Shown: piece after piece, positions 18,527-26,493 of the stretch
Layout of the letters: each line of letters begins with the position of its first letter
Numbering within the stretch: the stretch's first letter is position 1
From: an uncultured Ruminococcus sp.
GTDB taxonomy: Bacteria; Bacillota; Clostridia; Oscillospirales; CAG-272
Assembly (NCBI GenBank): GCA_964623635.1
Contig: CAZUUA010000006.1
Coordinates: forward strand, 14,386 to 78,385
Reading direction: 5' to 3'
Length of the DNA: 64,000 bases
Notes under the pieces: generated by a model
The model's database searches: none
The model's input: only the letters and a program-made list of their open reading frames with translations
Told to the model about the DNA's origin: nothing
Translations under genes and position numbers: made by a program

Positions 18527-19356
18527 GTGAACTGGTAACACTGCCGCCAAAGGGACGACTGCCCCAACGAGATCTGGGCAAGATCCCGGTATTGGAAGCC
18601 CACCATCTGGGGATCGACTTCGGTGGTCTGACCGCTGTAGACGAATTTGAGCTGCTGATCGGCAAGACCGAGATCGATGGACTCATCGGTCCCAACGGTG
18701 CCGGGAAGACCACCGTCTTCAACCTACTGACCAAGGTATATCAGCCGACCCGTGGCACGATCCTATTAAATGGCAAGGACACCGCCGGTATGGACACCAC
18801 CATGATCAACCGAGCCGGTATTGCCAGAACCTTCCAGAATATCCGTCTATTCGGCAACCAGACTGTAGAAGACAACGTGAAGATCGGGCTCCATAACCAT
18901 ATGAAGACGGGACTGTTCTCCGACATCTTCCGTCTGCCCAGCTTCTGGAAGGAAGAAAAGAAAGCCCACGAGACGGCCATGGAGCTGTTGTCCATTTTTG
19001 ATATGCAGCATCTGGCTGACCATGAAGCCGGCTCTCTCCCCTATGGTGCCCAGCGAAGATTGGAGATCGTCCGTGCTTTGGCCACTTCCCCCAGTCTGCT
19101 TTTGCTGGACGAACCGGCTGCCGGTATGAACCCTTCGGAAACCGCTGAGCTGATGGAGAACATCCGCAAGATCAGGGACACCTTCCAGATCGCCATCCTA
19201 CTGATCGAGCACGACATGAATCTGGTCATGAACATTTGCGAAGGCATCGTGGTGCTGAACTACGGTCGCATCATCGCCAAGGGTACACCGGCAGAGATCC
19301 AGTCCAATCCGACCGTTATCGAAGCCTATCTGGGTCAAAAGAAGGAGGGCGAATGA
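18523..19356 (+). CDS. livG: Branched-chain amino-acid ABC ATPase LivG
   Basis: Walker A GPNGAGKTT, signature YGAQRRLEI, Walker B LLLLDEPAAGMNP. Its ATG overlaps the livM stop. Confidence 0.85.
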   Translation: MSELVTLPPKGRLPQRDLGKIPVLEAHHLGIDFGGLTAVDEFELLIGKTEIDGLIGPNGAGKTTVFNLLTKVYQPTRGTILLNGKDTAGMDTTMINRAGIARTFQNIRLFGNQTVEDNVKIGLHNHMKTGLFSDIFRLPSFWKEEKKAHETAMELLSIFDMQHLADHEAGSLPYGAQRRLEIVRALATSPSLLLLDEPAAGMNPSETAELMENIRKIRDTFQIAILLIEHDMNLVMNICEGIVVLNYGRIIAKGTPAEIQSNPTVIEAYLGQKKEGE

Positions 19357-20066
19357 TGGGAACCATTCTGCAAGTGGACAATATCAACGTATACTACGGT
19401 GCCATCCACGCCATTCACAACGTATCCTTTCACGTAAACGAAGGGGAAGTGGTGACGCTGATCGGTGCCAATGGTGCCGGGAAAAGCACGATCCTGAAGA
19501 CCATCTCCGGTCTGCTCCGTTCGAAGACTGGCGACGTGCAGTTCTGCGGCGCAAGCATCGCACAGGTGGCACCCCACAAGATCGTGGAAGCAGGATTGGC
19601 CCATGTGCCGGAAGGACGCCGGATCTTCCAGCAAATGACCGTGGAAGAAAACCTGGAAATGGGTGCCTATACCCAGCCGGTCGCCGGGATCCCCAAAGAC
19701 CTGGAAATGGTGTTCGAGCAGTTCCCACGGCTGAAGGAGCGTCGCCGTCAGATCGCCGGTACCCTGTCCGGTGGGGAACAGCAGATGCTTGCCATGGGTC
19801 GTGCACTCATGAGTCACCCGAAGCTGCTGCTGCTGGACGAGCCGTCCATGGGTCTGGCTCCCATCCTGATCGAGCAGATCTTCGAGATCGTCCGTACCCT
19901 GCACAAGGCTGGCACCACCATTCTGCTGGTGGAACAAAACGCACAAATGGCGCTGTCCGTGGCAGACCGTGCGTACGTATTGGAGACCGGCGAGATCGGC
20001 CTGTCCGGTACGGGAGATGAGCTGATCCACTCCGATGCCATCCGCAAGGCGTATTTGGGTGGCTGA
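19353..20066 (+). CDS. livF: Branched-chain amino-acid ABC ATPase LivF
   Basis: The start is taken at ATG 19353 (MMGTILQVDNINVYYG), which overlaps the livG stop after GAAGGAGGG. Walker A GANGAGKST, signature LSGGEQQML. Confidence 0.85.
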   Translation: MMGTILQVDNINVYYGAIHAIHNVSFHVNEGEVVTLIGANGAGKSTILKTISGLLRSKTGDVQFCGASIAQVAPHKIVEAGLAHVPEGRRIFQQMTVEENLEMGAYTQPVAGIPKDLEMVFEQFPRLKERRRQIAGTLSGGEQQMLAMGRALMSHPKLLLLDEPSMGLAPILIEQIFEIVRTLHKAGTTILLVEQNAQMALSVADRAYVLETGEIGLSGTGDELIHSDAIRKAYLGG

Positions 20067-20087
20067 GGACAAAAGCATACACATAGT

Positions 20088-20126
20088 AAAACGGTGTTGG
20101 TCTTTGGCGACCGGCACCGTTTTGTC
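20088..20126 (+). terminator. Intrinsic terminator after livF
   Basis: 14-bp stem AAACGGTGTTGGTC/GACCGGCACCGTTT (two G-U pairs) ending in T-rich sequence. Confidence 0.7.
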
Positions 20127-20144
20127 AAACGTAAGGAGAGCACT

Positions 20145-21347
20145 ATGATCACGATGCCCAAACGATTTGGTATGTTCATCCATTGGGGACCCTACGCCAT
20201 CACCGGCTGGCAGGAGCAGGTACGGATGCGCTGTGGGATACAGAGACAAGCCTACCGGGATATGGCAATGGCATTTGCACCAAGGCAGTACGATCCCGAA
20301 GCCTGGGTGCGTCTGGCAAAGGAAGCCGGCATGGAATACATATGCTTCACCACCAAGCACCACGACGGCTTTTGTATGTGGGACACCGCCGAGACCGATT
20401 TCAAGAGCACGACCACCTGTGGCAGAGACATTCTGGCAGAGCTGGCAGAGGCCTGTCGGGAATACGATATGGCACTGTCCCTGTACTACTCCATTCCCGA
20501 CTGGAACCATCCTTGCGGCTACAACGCTGTCTCGTCTCACCAGTGTCCGCCGGAGGAAGGCGATACCCCGGATATGGATGCGTACAAGGCCTACGTCCGT
20601 GCCCAAGTACGGGAGCTGCTGACCGGCTACGGCAAGATCTACACCTGGTTCTGGGACATTCCACCACAGCTCAGCGACCCGTCCATGAACGAATGGGTAC
20701 GCTCCTTACAACCGGGTATCCTCATCAACGACCGTGGCTGGTGGGACGAGCATGGGCAGCCTTGCGGCGATTTCTCCACACCGGAGCGAACGGTGCCCGA
20801 CGGAGAAGCCTTCACCCGGTACACCGAAGCCTGCCAATCTGTGGGGCAACAAAGCTGGGGTTATCGGGAAAAGGAGGACTACTTTGCCCCGGCTTTCCTG
20901 GCACGCAGCATGGACAAAATTTTGCTCATGGGTGGCAGCTATCTGCTCAACGTGGGGCCGGACAAGGATGGTGTGATCCCACCGAAAGCGGCAGAGATCG
21001 TGCGAAGGGTCGGACAGTGGTATCGGTCGGTGCAGGAAGCCTTCACGCCGGTTGCAGTGCCTTGTGCCGCCTGGACAAGTGCCAACGTGTGGGCATCCCG
21101 TGCGGACGACACCCTGTATCTCCACACCCGTGCCCCTCTGACCGGCACCGGCCTATCCCTGGCACCACACACGGAGCTGCCCCGGTCGGTGACGGTATTG
21201 AACAACGGAGAGCCGGTTGCCTACAGTGTAGAGAACGTGCCGGAGGATTTTACCGGTGCCTTTGGCATCCTGCGTGCCCCGGTACTACGACTCCATGGAC
21301 TGCCCACAGACACCGATATGCCCCTTGTGATACGGATCAAGTTGTAA
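20145..21347 (+). CDS. Alpha-L-fucosidase (GH29), no signal peptide
   Basis: The start is taken at ATG 20145 (MITMPKRFGMFIHWGPYAITGW) after AAGGAGAG. FGxFxHWG and HHDGFCMWDT are GH29 hallmarks. Confidence 0.8.
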   Translation: MITMPKRFGMFIHWGPYAITGWQEQVRMRCGIQRQAYRDMAMAFAPRQYDPEAWVRLAKEAGMEYICFTTKHHDGFCMWDTAETDFKSTTTCGRDILAELAEACREYDMALSLYYSIPDWNHPCGYNAVSSHQCPPEEGDTPDMDAYKAYVRAQVRELLTGYGKIYTWFWDIPPQLSDPSMNEWVRSLQPGILINDRGWWDEHGQPCGDFSTPERTVPDGEAFTRYTEACQSVGQQSWGYREKEDYFAPAFLARSMDKILLMGGSYLLNVGPDKDGVIPPKAAEIVRRVGQWYRSVQEAFTPVAVPCAAWTSANVWASRADDTLYLHTRAPLTGTGLSLAPHTELPRSVTVLNNGEPVAYSVENVPEDFTGAFGILRAPVLRLHGLPTDTDMPLVIRIKL

Positions 21348-21411
21348 AAACGAATGCGCCGGAGATACCTTCCCAACGGTATTTCCTGCGCACATTTTTG
21401 TTTCACAAAGC

Positions 21412-21454
21412 AAAACAGAGGCAAACTGTCCGTGACAGCATACCTCTGTTTTTT
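21412..21454. terminator. Bidirectional terminator between convergent genes
   Basis: ACAGAGG/CCTCTGT stem with an inner CTGTC/GACAG helix, flanked by A4 and T6. Confidence 0.65.
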
Positions 21455-21461
21455 ATACATA

Positions 21462-22946
21462 TTATCTGTGGAACAGCTTCTTTGTCCCATACACCGGCTC
21501 ACAGGTGGTACGGATCCCCAGCTTGCGGTAGGTGTCCGCATCGGCTTGGGTCAGGATCACACTGGAATGGGCTTCGCATCCGGCCAGCTTCGGCAGCATC
21601 TCAAAGGCAGCCTTGGCGTGTTCGTCCTGCGCCGCACAAATGGACAGCGCCACCAGCGTTTCGTCTGCGTGGAGTCGGGGATTGCTGCAGCCCAAATTCC
21701 GGATCTTCAGCTGGCAAATGGGTTCCAGAATGGTAGGCGAAATCAGATGCACCTTGTCCTCGATTCCAGCCAGCGCCTTCAGTGCATTCAGCAGAGCCGC
21801 AGCAGAGGCACCCAGCAGATCCGACGTCTTGCCGGTCACGACCTTGTTTTCGTCCAGCGCAATGGCTACCGAAGGTCCGTCGGTCTCCGCAGCACGCTCC
21901 AAGGCATACCGCACCGGTGTCCGTAGCTCCGGCGTGATCTTGGCTCTGTTCATCAGCAGCTCCAGCTTGTACGCCATATCGCCGGTGCCTTTGCCTTCAG
22001 CCTGCTTTACCAGACAATCGTAGTACCGCCGGATGATCTCCATGTTGGCAGCTTCCCGGACGGCTTCGTCGTCGTAGATGCAGTAACCGGCCATGTTCAC
22101 ACCCATATCGGTGGGAGACTTGTAGGGGCAGGTGCCGTAGATACCGTCAAAGAGCTGCCGCAGTACCGGGAAGATCTCCACGTCCCGGTTGTAGTTGACG
22201 GTGGTCTCTCCGTAAGCTTCCAGATGGAAGGGGTCGATCATGTTCACGTCTGCCAGATCCACGGTGGCCGCTTCGTAGGCAATGTTCACCGGATGGCTCA
22301 GAGACAGGTTCCAGATGGGGAAGGTCTCAAATTTGGCGTAGCCGGACTTCAATCCACGCACACTGTCGTGGTATAGCTGAGACAGGCAGGTCGCCATTTT
22401 GCCGGAACCGGGACCGGGCGCTGTGATCACCACCAATTCCCGCTCCGTCTCGATGTAGTCGTTTTTGCCGTAGCCGTCCGGAGACAGGATCAGCTTCAGA
22501 TTGGTGGGGTATCCGGGAATGATGTAATGCTTGAACACACGAATGCCCAGATTCTGCAGCCGGGTGATGAAAGCGTCTGCCCCGGCTTGTCCGGCGTATT
22601 GGGTCACGACTACGCTGCCCACATACAGTCCCCGTTCCCGGAACGCATCGATGAGCCGCAGGGTGTCCATATCGTAGGTGATGCCCAGGTCGCCTCGGAT
22701 CTTGTTCTGCTCAATGGACGGCGCCGACACCACGATCACGATCTCGGCCTGGTCCCGAAGCTGCATGAGCATATTGATCTTGCTGTCCGGCTTGAAGCCC
22801 GGCAGAACACGGGAAGCATGGTAATCGTCGAACAGCTTGCCGCCAAATTCCAGATACAGCTTGCCACCAAAATGGGAGATCCGTTCCAGTATTTTTTTCG
22901 TCTGCAAAGAGTTATATTTGTTGTTATCGAATCCCTGCTTAAACAT
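21462..22946 (-). CDS. DUF1846 / UPF0371 family protein (function unknown)
   Basis: The start is taken at ATG 22946 (MFKQGFDNNKYNSLQTKKILERI...GGKLYLEFGGKLFDDYHASRVLPGF), the characteristic N-terminus of this ~495-aa Firmicute family. GAGGTG RBS. Confidence 0.75.
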   Translation of the reverse strand: MFKQGFDNNKYNSLQTKKILERISHFGGKLYLEFGGKLFDDYHASRVLPGFKPDSKINMLMQLRDQAEIVIVVSAPSIEQNKIRGDLGITYDMDTLRLIDAFRERGLYVGSVVVTQYAGQAGADAFITRLQNLGIRVFKHYIIPGYPTNLKLILSPDGYGKNDYIETERELVVITAPGPGSGKMATCLSQLYHDSVRGLKSGYAKFETFPIWNLSLSHPVNIAYEAATVDLADVNMIDPFHLEAYGETTVNYNRDVEIFPVLRQLFDGIYGTCPYKSPTDMGVNMAGYCIYDDEAVREAANMEIIRRYYDCLVKQAEGKGTGDMAYKLELLMNRAKITPELRTPVRYALERAAETDGPSVAIALDENKVVTGKTSDLLGASAAALLNALKALAGIEDKVHLISPTILEPICQLKIRNLGCSNPRLHADETLVALSICAAQDEHAKAAFEMLPKLAGCEAHSSVILTQADADTYRKLGIRTTCEPVYGTKKLFHR

Positions 22947-23162
22947 ATGCACCTCATGAATCAAAAATGTCAAGTCCATGTCCGGTATTCTGTGGAAAAG
23001 CTTCCCGGCATGAACTGCGTGTGAAAATCAATCCGTATTATTATATAACACCTTTGGCGAAAAAGCAAGAGGTTGAGAGACGAAAGTTGCAGAAAGATGT
23101 ACGCACAACCCTGTGCAAAATGCAGAATCGTATGACCACCCAAACAATTGATGGATGCATTC

Positions 23163-25295
23163 TCATAGCGTGTGGGTGGTGCGCCGGATCACTTCTTCCT
23201 GCATGGTAGGCGAAAGACGGGTGAAATAATCGCTGTAGCCGCCGATCCGCACAACCAGGTCTTTGTGGTTTTCCGGATGCAGCCGTGCGTCCTCTAAGAT
23301 CCGGTTGTCGGTCACATTCACCTGGATCTCAAAGCCCCCACGTTCGATGTACGTCTCCAGCAGGGTACAAAGCATCTCTTCACTGTGTTGTCCAAGCAGG
23401 GCGGACGAGAACTTCATGTTCACGGCAATGCCGCCAATGAAGGGTGTGTGATCCCAACAGGTGGACGACAGGATCGATGTGGTGGGGCCATCCATCTCTC
23501 GTCCCTGGGCAGGACCGGAGCCGTCCCCCAGCGGAAAACCGGCCAGTCTTCCATCGGGTGTGGCACCGGTGGAACGGCCGAACTGGTCGTGCATGATCCA
23601 GCAGAACAGCGATGGCACCAGATGGGCACCGGCAAAGGGCAGAGTGATCTTGGTGCATTCTTCCGCCAAAAACTGCGACAGCTGCTGCACATACCATTCC
23701 GGATTTTCTTCTGTAGGCGCACTGTTGCCATACCCCGGCAATTCCCGGATCTGGGCAAGCAGAGCAGGATTCGAAGCGAAGTTGTCGTCCAGTGCCGCTT
23801 TGTACCGGTCAAGGGTCACGGTGTGGTCACGGAACACCAGCTTGGCCATGGCAGCCAGTCCGTCTGCAGCGTTGGCAAGTCCCACAAAGGAAGGCATGAT
23901 CCAGTTGTACCGGGCGCCGCCTTCTTCGATATCCAGTCCCAATTCCAGACAATCGTGGACAAAGCAGGACAAAAGCGGATCCAGGCAGGTCTTGGCACGC
24001 TCATACCGACAGAGCACCTGGTAGGCAGCATTGGCACGCATACGTTCCCGGATGTGGCTCGTGTAGGCAGTGTACAGCGCATCCATGGTGGGATAGTCTC
24101 CGGCAGCCAGCACCGTTAGCAGCTCACCGGGCAGGTTCATATAGGGACTGGCGACCCATACATTGGAGGAACCAATGGGTGTGATCTCCACACAGGTGGA
24201 GTGGATGTAGGCACAGGCTTCCTCCGGGGACAGGCCATAGTGCTGCAGACCGGTGCGGATCACGTCGTCGTTGAAGATGGCAGGATGAGAATGTCCCTTG
24301 GCCAGCACAGCACTTGCCAGCGCAATATCGGATCTTGGCGTATCGGCACAGGTGCACAGTCCCAGAGAGGGATAGACAAGATGTACCTGCTCCACGGCAC
24401 GGATACACATCTGGGTGATGGGATTGGAGACCACGGTACCGTCCGGCAGCCTGCCACCGACCATGAAGCCGCTGGAAAGACCATGTGGCACACGGCGGTT
24501 GATCTGGATGCACAGGCAGTCGATGAGGGTCTGTGCCATGTCGTCGGTCAGAATGCCCTTTTCCCGGTCTGCATGATAATAGGGCAGCAGATACCGGTCC
24601 GGTCTGCCCAGCTGGTATTGCAGCGTAGACGGACGCAGGGGCTTGACGGAGATGACATAGGTCACAAAGGCCACCGATTGCACCGCTTCGTGAAAGCTGC
24701 CAGCCGGTTCTCTGGGCACCTTGCGGCAGATGGCAGCGATGGTCTCGTATTCGCTTTTGCGTACCGGATCGGTCTCGTTTTCCGCCAGATGGGCAGCGTA
24801 GTCGGCATAGCGGTCACTGAACGCTTCCACGGCAGATAGGCACATCTGACAAGCCCGGTACCAATCGGCCTTGCGCACGCTGTCCGGATCTTCGGCAGGG
24901 TCGGGCAGTGCGGCGATCTTTTCGTCAATATAGGCACGAACACCGGCGGTACCCATGGTCAAAAGCCGGTCGTAGTCGATGGCCATATGGGATTCCTGCC
25001 CCACCGGACAGTGCATCTCCTCCACGGCATATTGGTTGATGGTCGCCCATTCGGCCTGTTCTTCTGCCGTCAGCGGAACAGACGATGGCTTGCCTACGAT
25101 CCATTCGCCGGGATCGATGGACACAGCCCAATTCTGGTACGCTTCTGTCAGGGCAAGGGCATACCGCCGGGCGCCACTGGACTCCCAGCGATGGCGCAGA
25201 TAGGCTTTTTGAAAATAGTAATAAAACGGTGTATAGTCGATGACAGGCTCCAAGGCAGCTTGGCGCAGTGCATCGATCCGTGCTTTATCGTACAT
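23163..25295 (-). CDS. Glycyl-radical enzyme, PFL2/dehydratase-like, short form (710 aa), substrate unknown
   Basis: The start is taken at ATG 25295 (MYDKARIDAL...) after GGAGGAG. The C-terminal glycyl radical motif is VVRIGGYSDYF. The Cys loop is HSTCVEITPIG (Cys-x-Glu). The ATPDGR...GDGSGP block is typical of PFL2-family GREs. Confidence 0.85.
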   Translation of the reverse strand: MYDKARIDALRQAALEPVIDYTPFYYYFQKAYLRHRWESSGARRYALALTEAYQNWAVSIDPGEWIVGKPSSVPLTAEEQAEWATINQYAVEEMHCPVGQESHMAIDYDRLLTMGTAGVRAYIDEKIAALPDPAEDPDSVRKADWYRACQMCLSAVEAFSDRYADYAAHLAENETDPVRKSEYETIAAICRKVPREPAGSFHEAVQSVAFVTYVISVKPLRPSTLQYQLGRPDRYLLPYYHADREKGILTDDMAQTLIDCLCIQINRRVPHGLSSGFMVGGRLPDGTVVSNPITQMCIRAVEQVHLVYPSLGLCTCADTPRSDIALASAVLAKGHSHPAIFNDDVIRTGLQHYGLSPEEACAYIHSTCVEITPIGSSNVWVASPYMNLPGELLTVLAAGDYPTMDALYTAYTSHIRERMRANAAYQVLCRYERAKTCLDPLLSCFVHDCLELGLDIEEGGARYNWIMPSFVGLANAADGLAAMAKLVFRDHTVTLDRYKAALDDNFASNPALLAQIRELPGYGNSAPTEENPEWYVQQLSQFLAEECTKITLPFAGAHLVPSLFCWIMHDQFGRSTGATPDGRLAGFPLGDGSGPAQGREMDGPTTSILSSTCWDHTPFIGGIAVNMKFSSALLGQHSEEMLCTLLETYIERGGFEIQVNVTDNRILEDARLHPENHKDLVVRIGGYSDYFTRLSPTMQEEVIRRTTHTL

Positions 25296-25338
25296 AAGGC
25301 TCCTCCAATGTGGAAAAGATGGCAAAGATCTTGTTACA

Positions 25339-25367
25339 AGGATACCATGTTTGGACAGATTTGTCAA
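25339..25367 (-). promoter_or_regulatory. sigmaA-type promoter dedicated to the GRE gene
   Basis: On the minus strand: TTGACA, a 17-nt spacer, then TATCCT preceded by TGG. Confidence 0.5.
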
Positions 25368-25388
25368 GAGAAACGAAAAAAACGACAT

Positions 25389-25437
25389 AAAAAAAGTATG
25401 GAACCCATCGGAGACGAGCTGCGGTGGCGTTCCATAC
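25389..25437 (-). terminator. Intrinsic terminator between the DMT transporter gene and the GRE gene
   Basis: Perfect 9-bp stem GTATGGAAC/GTTCCATAC followed by T7 on the minus strand. Confidence 0.65.
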
Positions 25438-25452
25438 GTTTCGCACAATGCT

Positions 25453-26349
25453 TTAGAATAGGAATAAAAACGTGGCTGCAAAGGACAGGAGCAGACCGAT
25501 GGCGGTTTTCTTTGCCGGAAATTCCCGGAAGAACACCATACCGGCTATGGCAGACAGCACCACCATGCCGCCGGTCACCAGCGGATACAGCACCGACGCC
25601 GGTACGTTGGCGGCACCCACCAGCTGCAGCATATACGAGGTGCCATTGCAGGCGGCATTGACCATCACGATCCCGGCGATCAGTCCCATAGACCGGTTCG
25701 TCAGCGGCTCCGGCAGTGGAGCGGTGTGTTTCGTTTGACACAGGATCAGTAGTGCCAACGTGGACAGCAGACCGTTGATACCGTTGGACAGGATCACAAA
25801 ATCCATGGCGCCTACGGTGGGCATAACGGCGATCTGGTGGATCTTGGAGGTGATGCTCATAAAACCATTCAGCGTGAATACCACAAAGCAAAGGAGAAAG
25901 AACAGCTTTCGTGTTTGGGCAGAGCCGCCTTTTTCTCCCAGCACCGGGAAGATCATGGAGACGGCCAACAGCACCACGCCCAGGATCCGTCCGATGGTCA
26001 GCGATTCACTAAGCCAGATCACGCCGTACAGATAGGGCAGCAGCATCCCACCCAGCATCAAGAACATGGAATACACAGACAGACTGCCCAGGGCAAACAT
26101 CCGAAAACCAATGAGGGTGTAGGAGCAGCACAGCACCGCTATGATGGTCGCCATGCCCAGCGAGAACGCCGTGATCTGCACCGAAAATCCATTCAGGCAG
26201 AAGAACAGCAGTGCCGTCACCAATCCGCTCAGCGCCGTGAACAGCAGAGAAGTGGTCACAGCATTGCCGAAGCGAAGCTGGTAGAATTTGTTGGTGGAAA
26301 ACTGCAGCGCCAGCAACACCACAGCCACCAGGATCATGAGATAATACAT
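25453..26349 (-). CDS. DMT-superfamily (EamA-like) 10-TM transporter
   Basis: 298 aa, about 10 hydrophobic helices arranged as two similar halves. AGGAG lies 9 nt upstream of the ATG. Confidence 0.6.
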   Translation of the reverse strand: MYYLMILVAVVLLALQFSTNKFYQLRFGNAVTTSLLFTALSGLVTALLFFCLNGFSVQITAFSLGMATIIAVLCCSYTLIGFRMFALGSLSVYSMFLMLGGMLLPYLYGVIWLSESLTIGRILGVVLLAVSMIFPVLGEKGGSAQTRKLFFLLCFVVFTLNGFMSITSKIHQIAVMPTVGAMDFVILSNGINGLLSTLALLILCQTKHTAPLPEPLTNRSMGLIAGIVMVNAACNGTSYMLQLVGAANVPASVLYPLVTGGMVVLSAIAGMVFFREFPAKKTAIGLLLSFAATFLFLF

Positions 26350-26383
26350 GGTTGTTAGACTCCTGTTTCAGGAACTTTTTTGT

Positions 26384-26493
26384 TTAATATGCAAATTGGC
26401 GGCCAATGTGGATTATTATGTTACAAAGCTTAATGTGCAAATTGGCGGCCAATTCGGACATCCAAAACCCATAGACTTAATGTGCAAATTGGC
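26384..26493. repeat. Three direct copies (period 46-47 bp) of TTAAT(A/G)TGCAAATTGGC; the first two extend to 24 bp and contain the palindrome ATTGGC-G-GCCAAT
   Basis: Copies lie at 26384-26407, 26430-26453 and 26477-26493. The third copy is the last 17 nt (including the stop codon) of the ABC exporter gene. On the minus strand, copies 1 and 2 read TTGGCCGCCAATTTGCA. Confidence 0.8.

Noticed and set aside
22947-23162. 216-nt gap between the DUF1846 gene and the GRE gene, as a possible riboswitch
   Set aside because: It contains a plausible sigmaA promoter for DUF1846 and only weak hairpins. I could see no conserved riboswitch core.
26384-26493. Possible mini-CRISPR array (24-bp partly palindromic repeats with unique 22-23-bp spacers)
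   Set aside because: There are only two full repeats plus one partial copy. The partial copy is the coding 3' end of the ABC exporter gene. Spacers are shorter than usual, and the window has no cas genes or leader. A promoter/operator duplication is more plausible.
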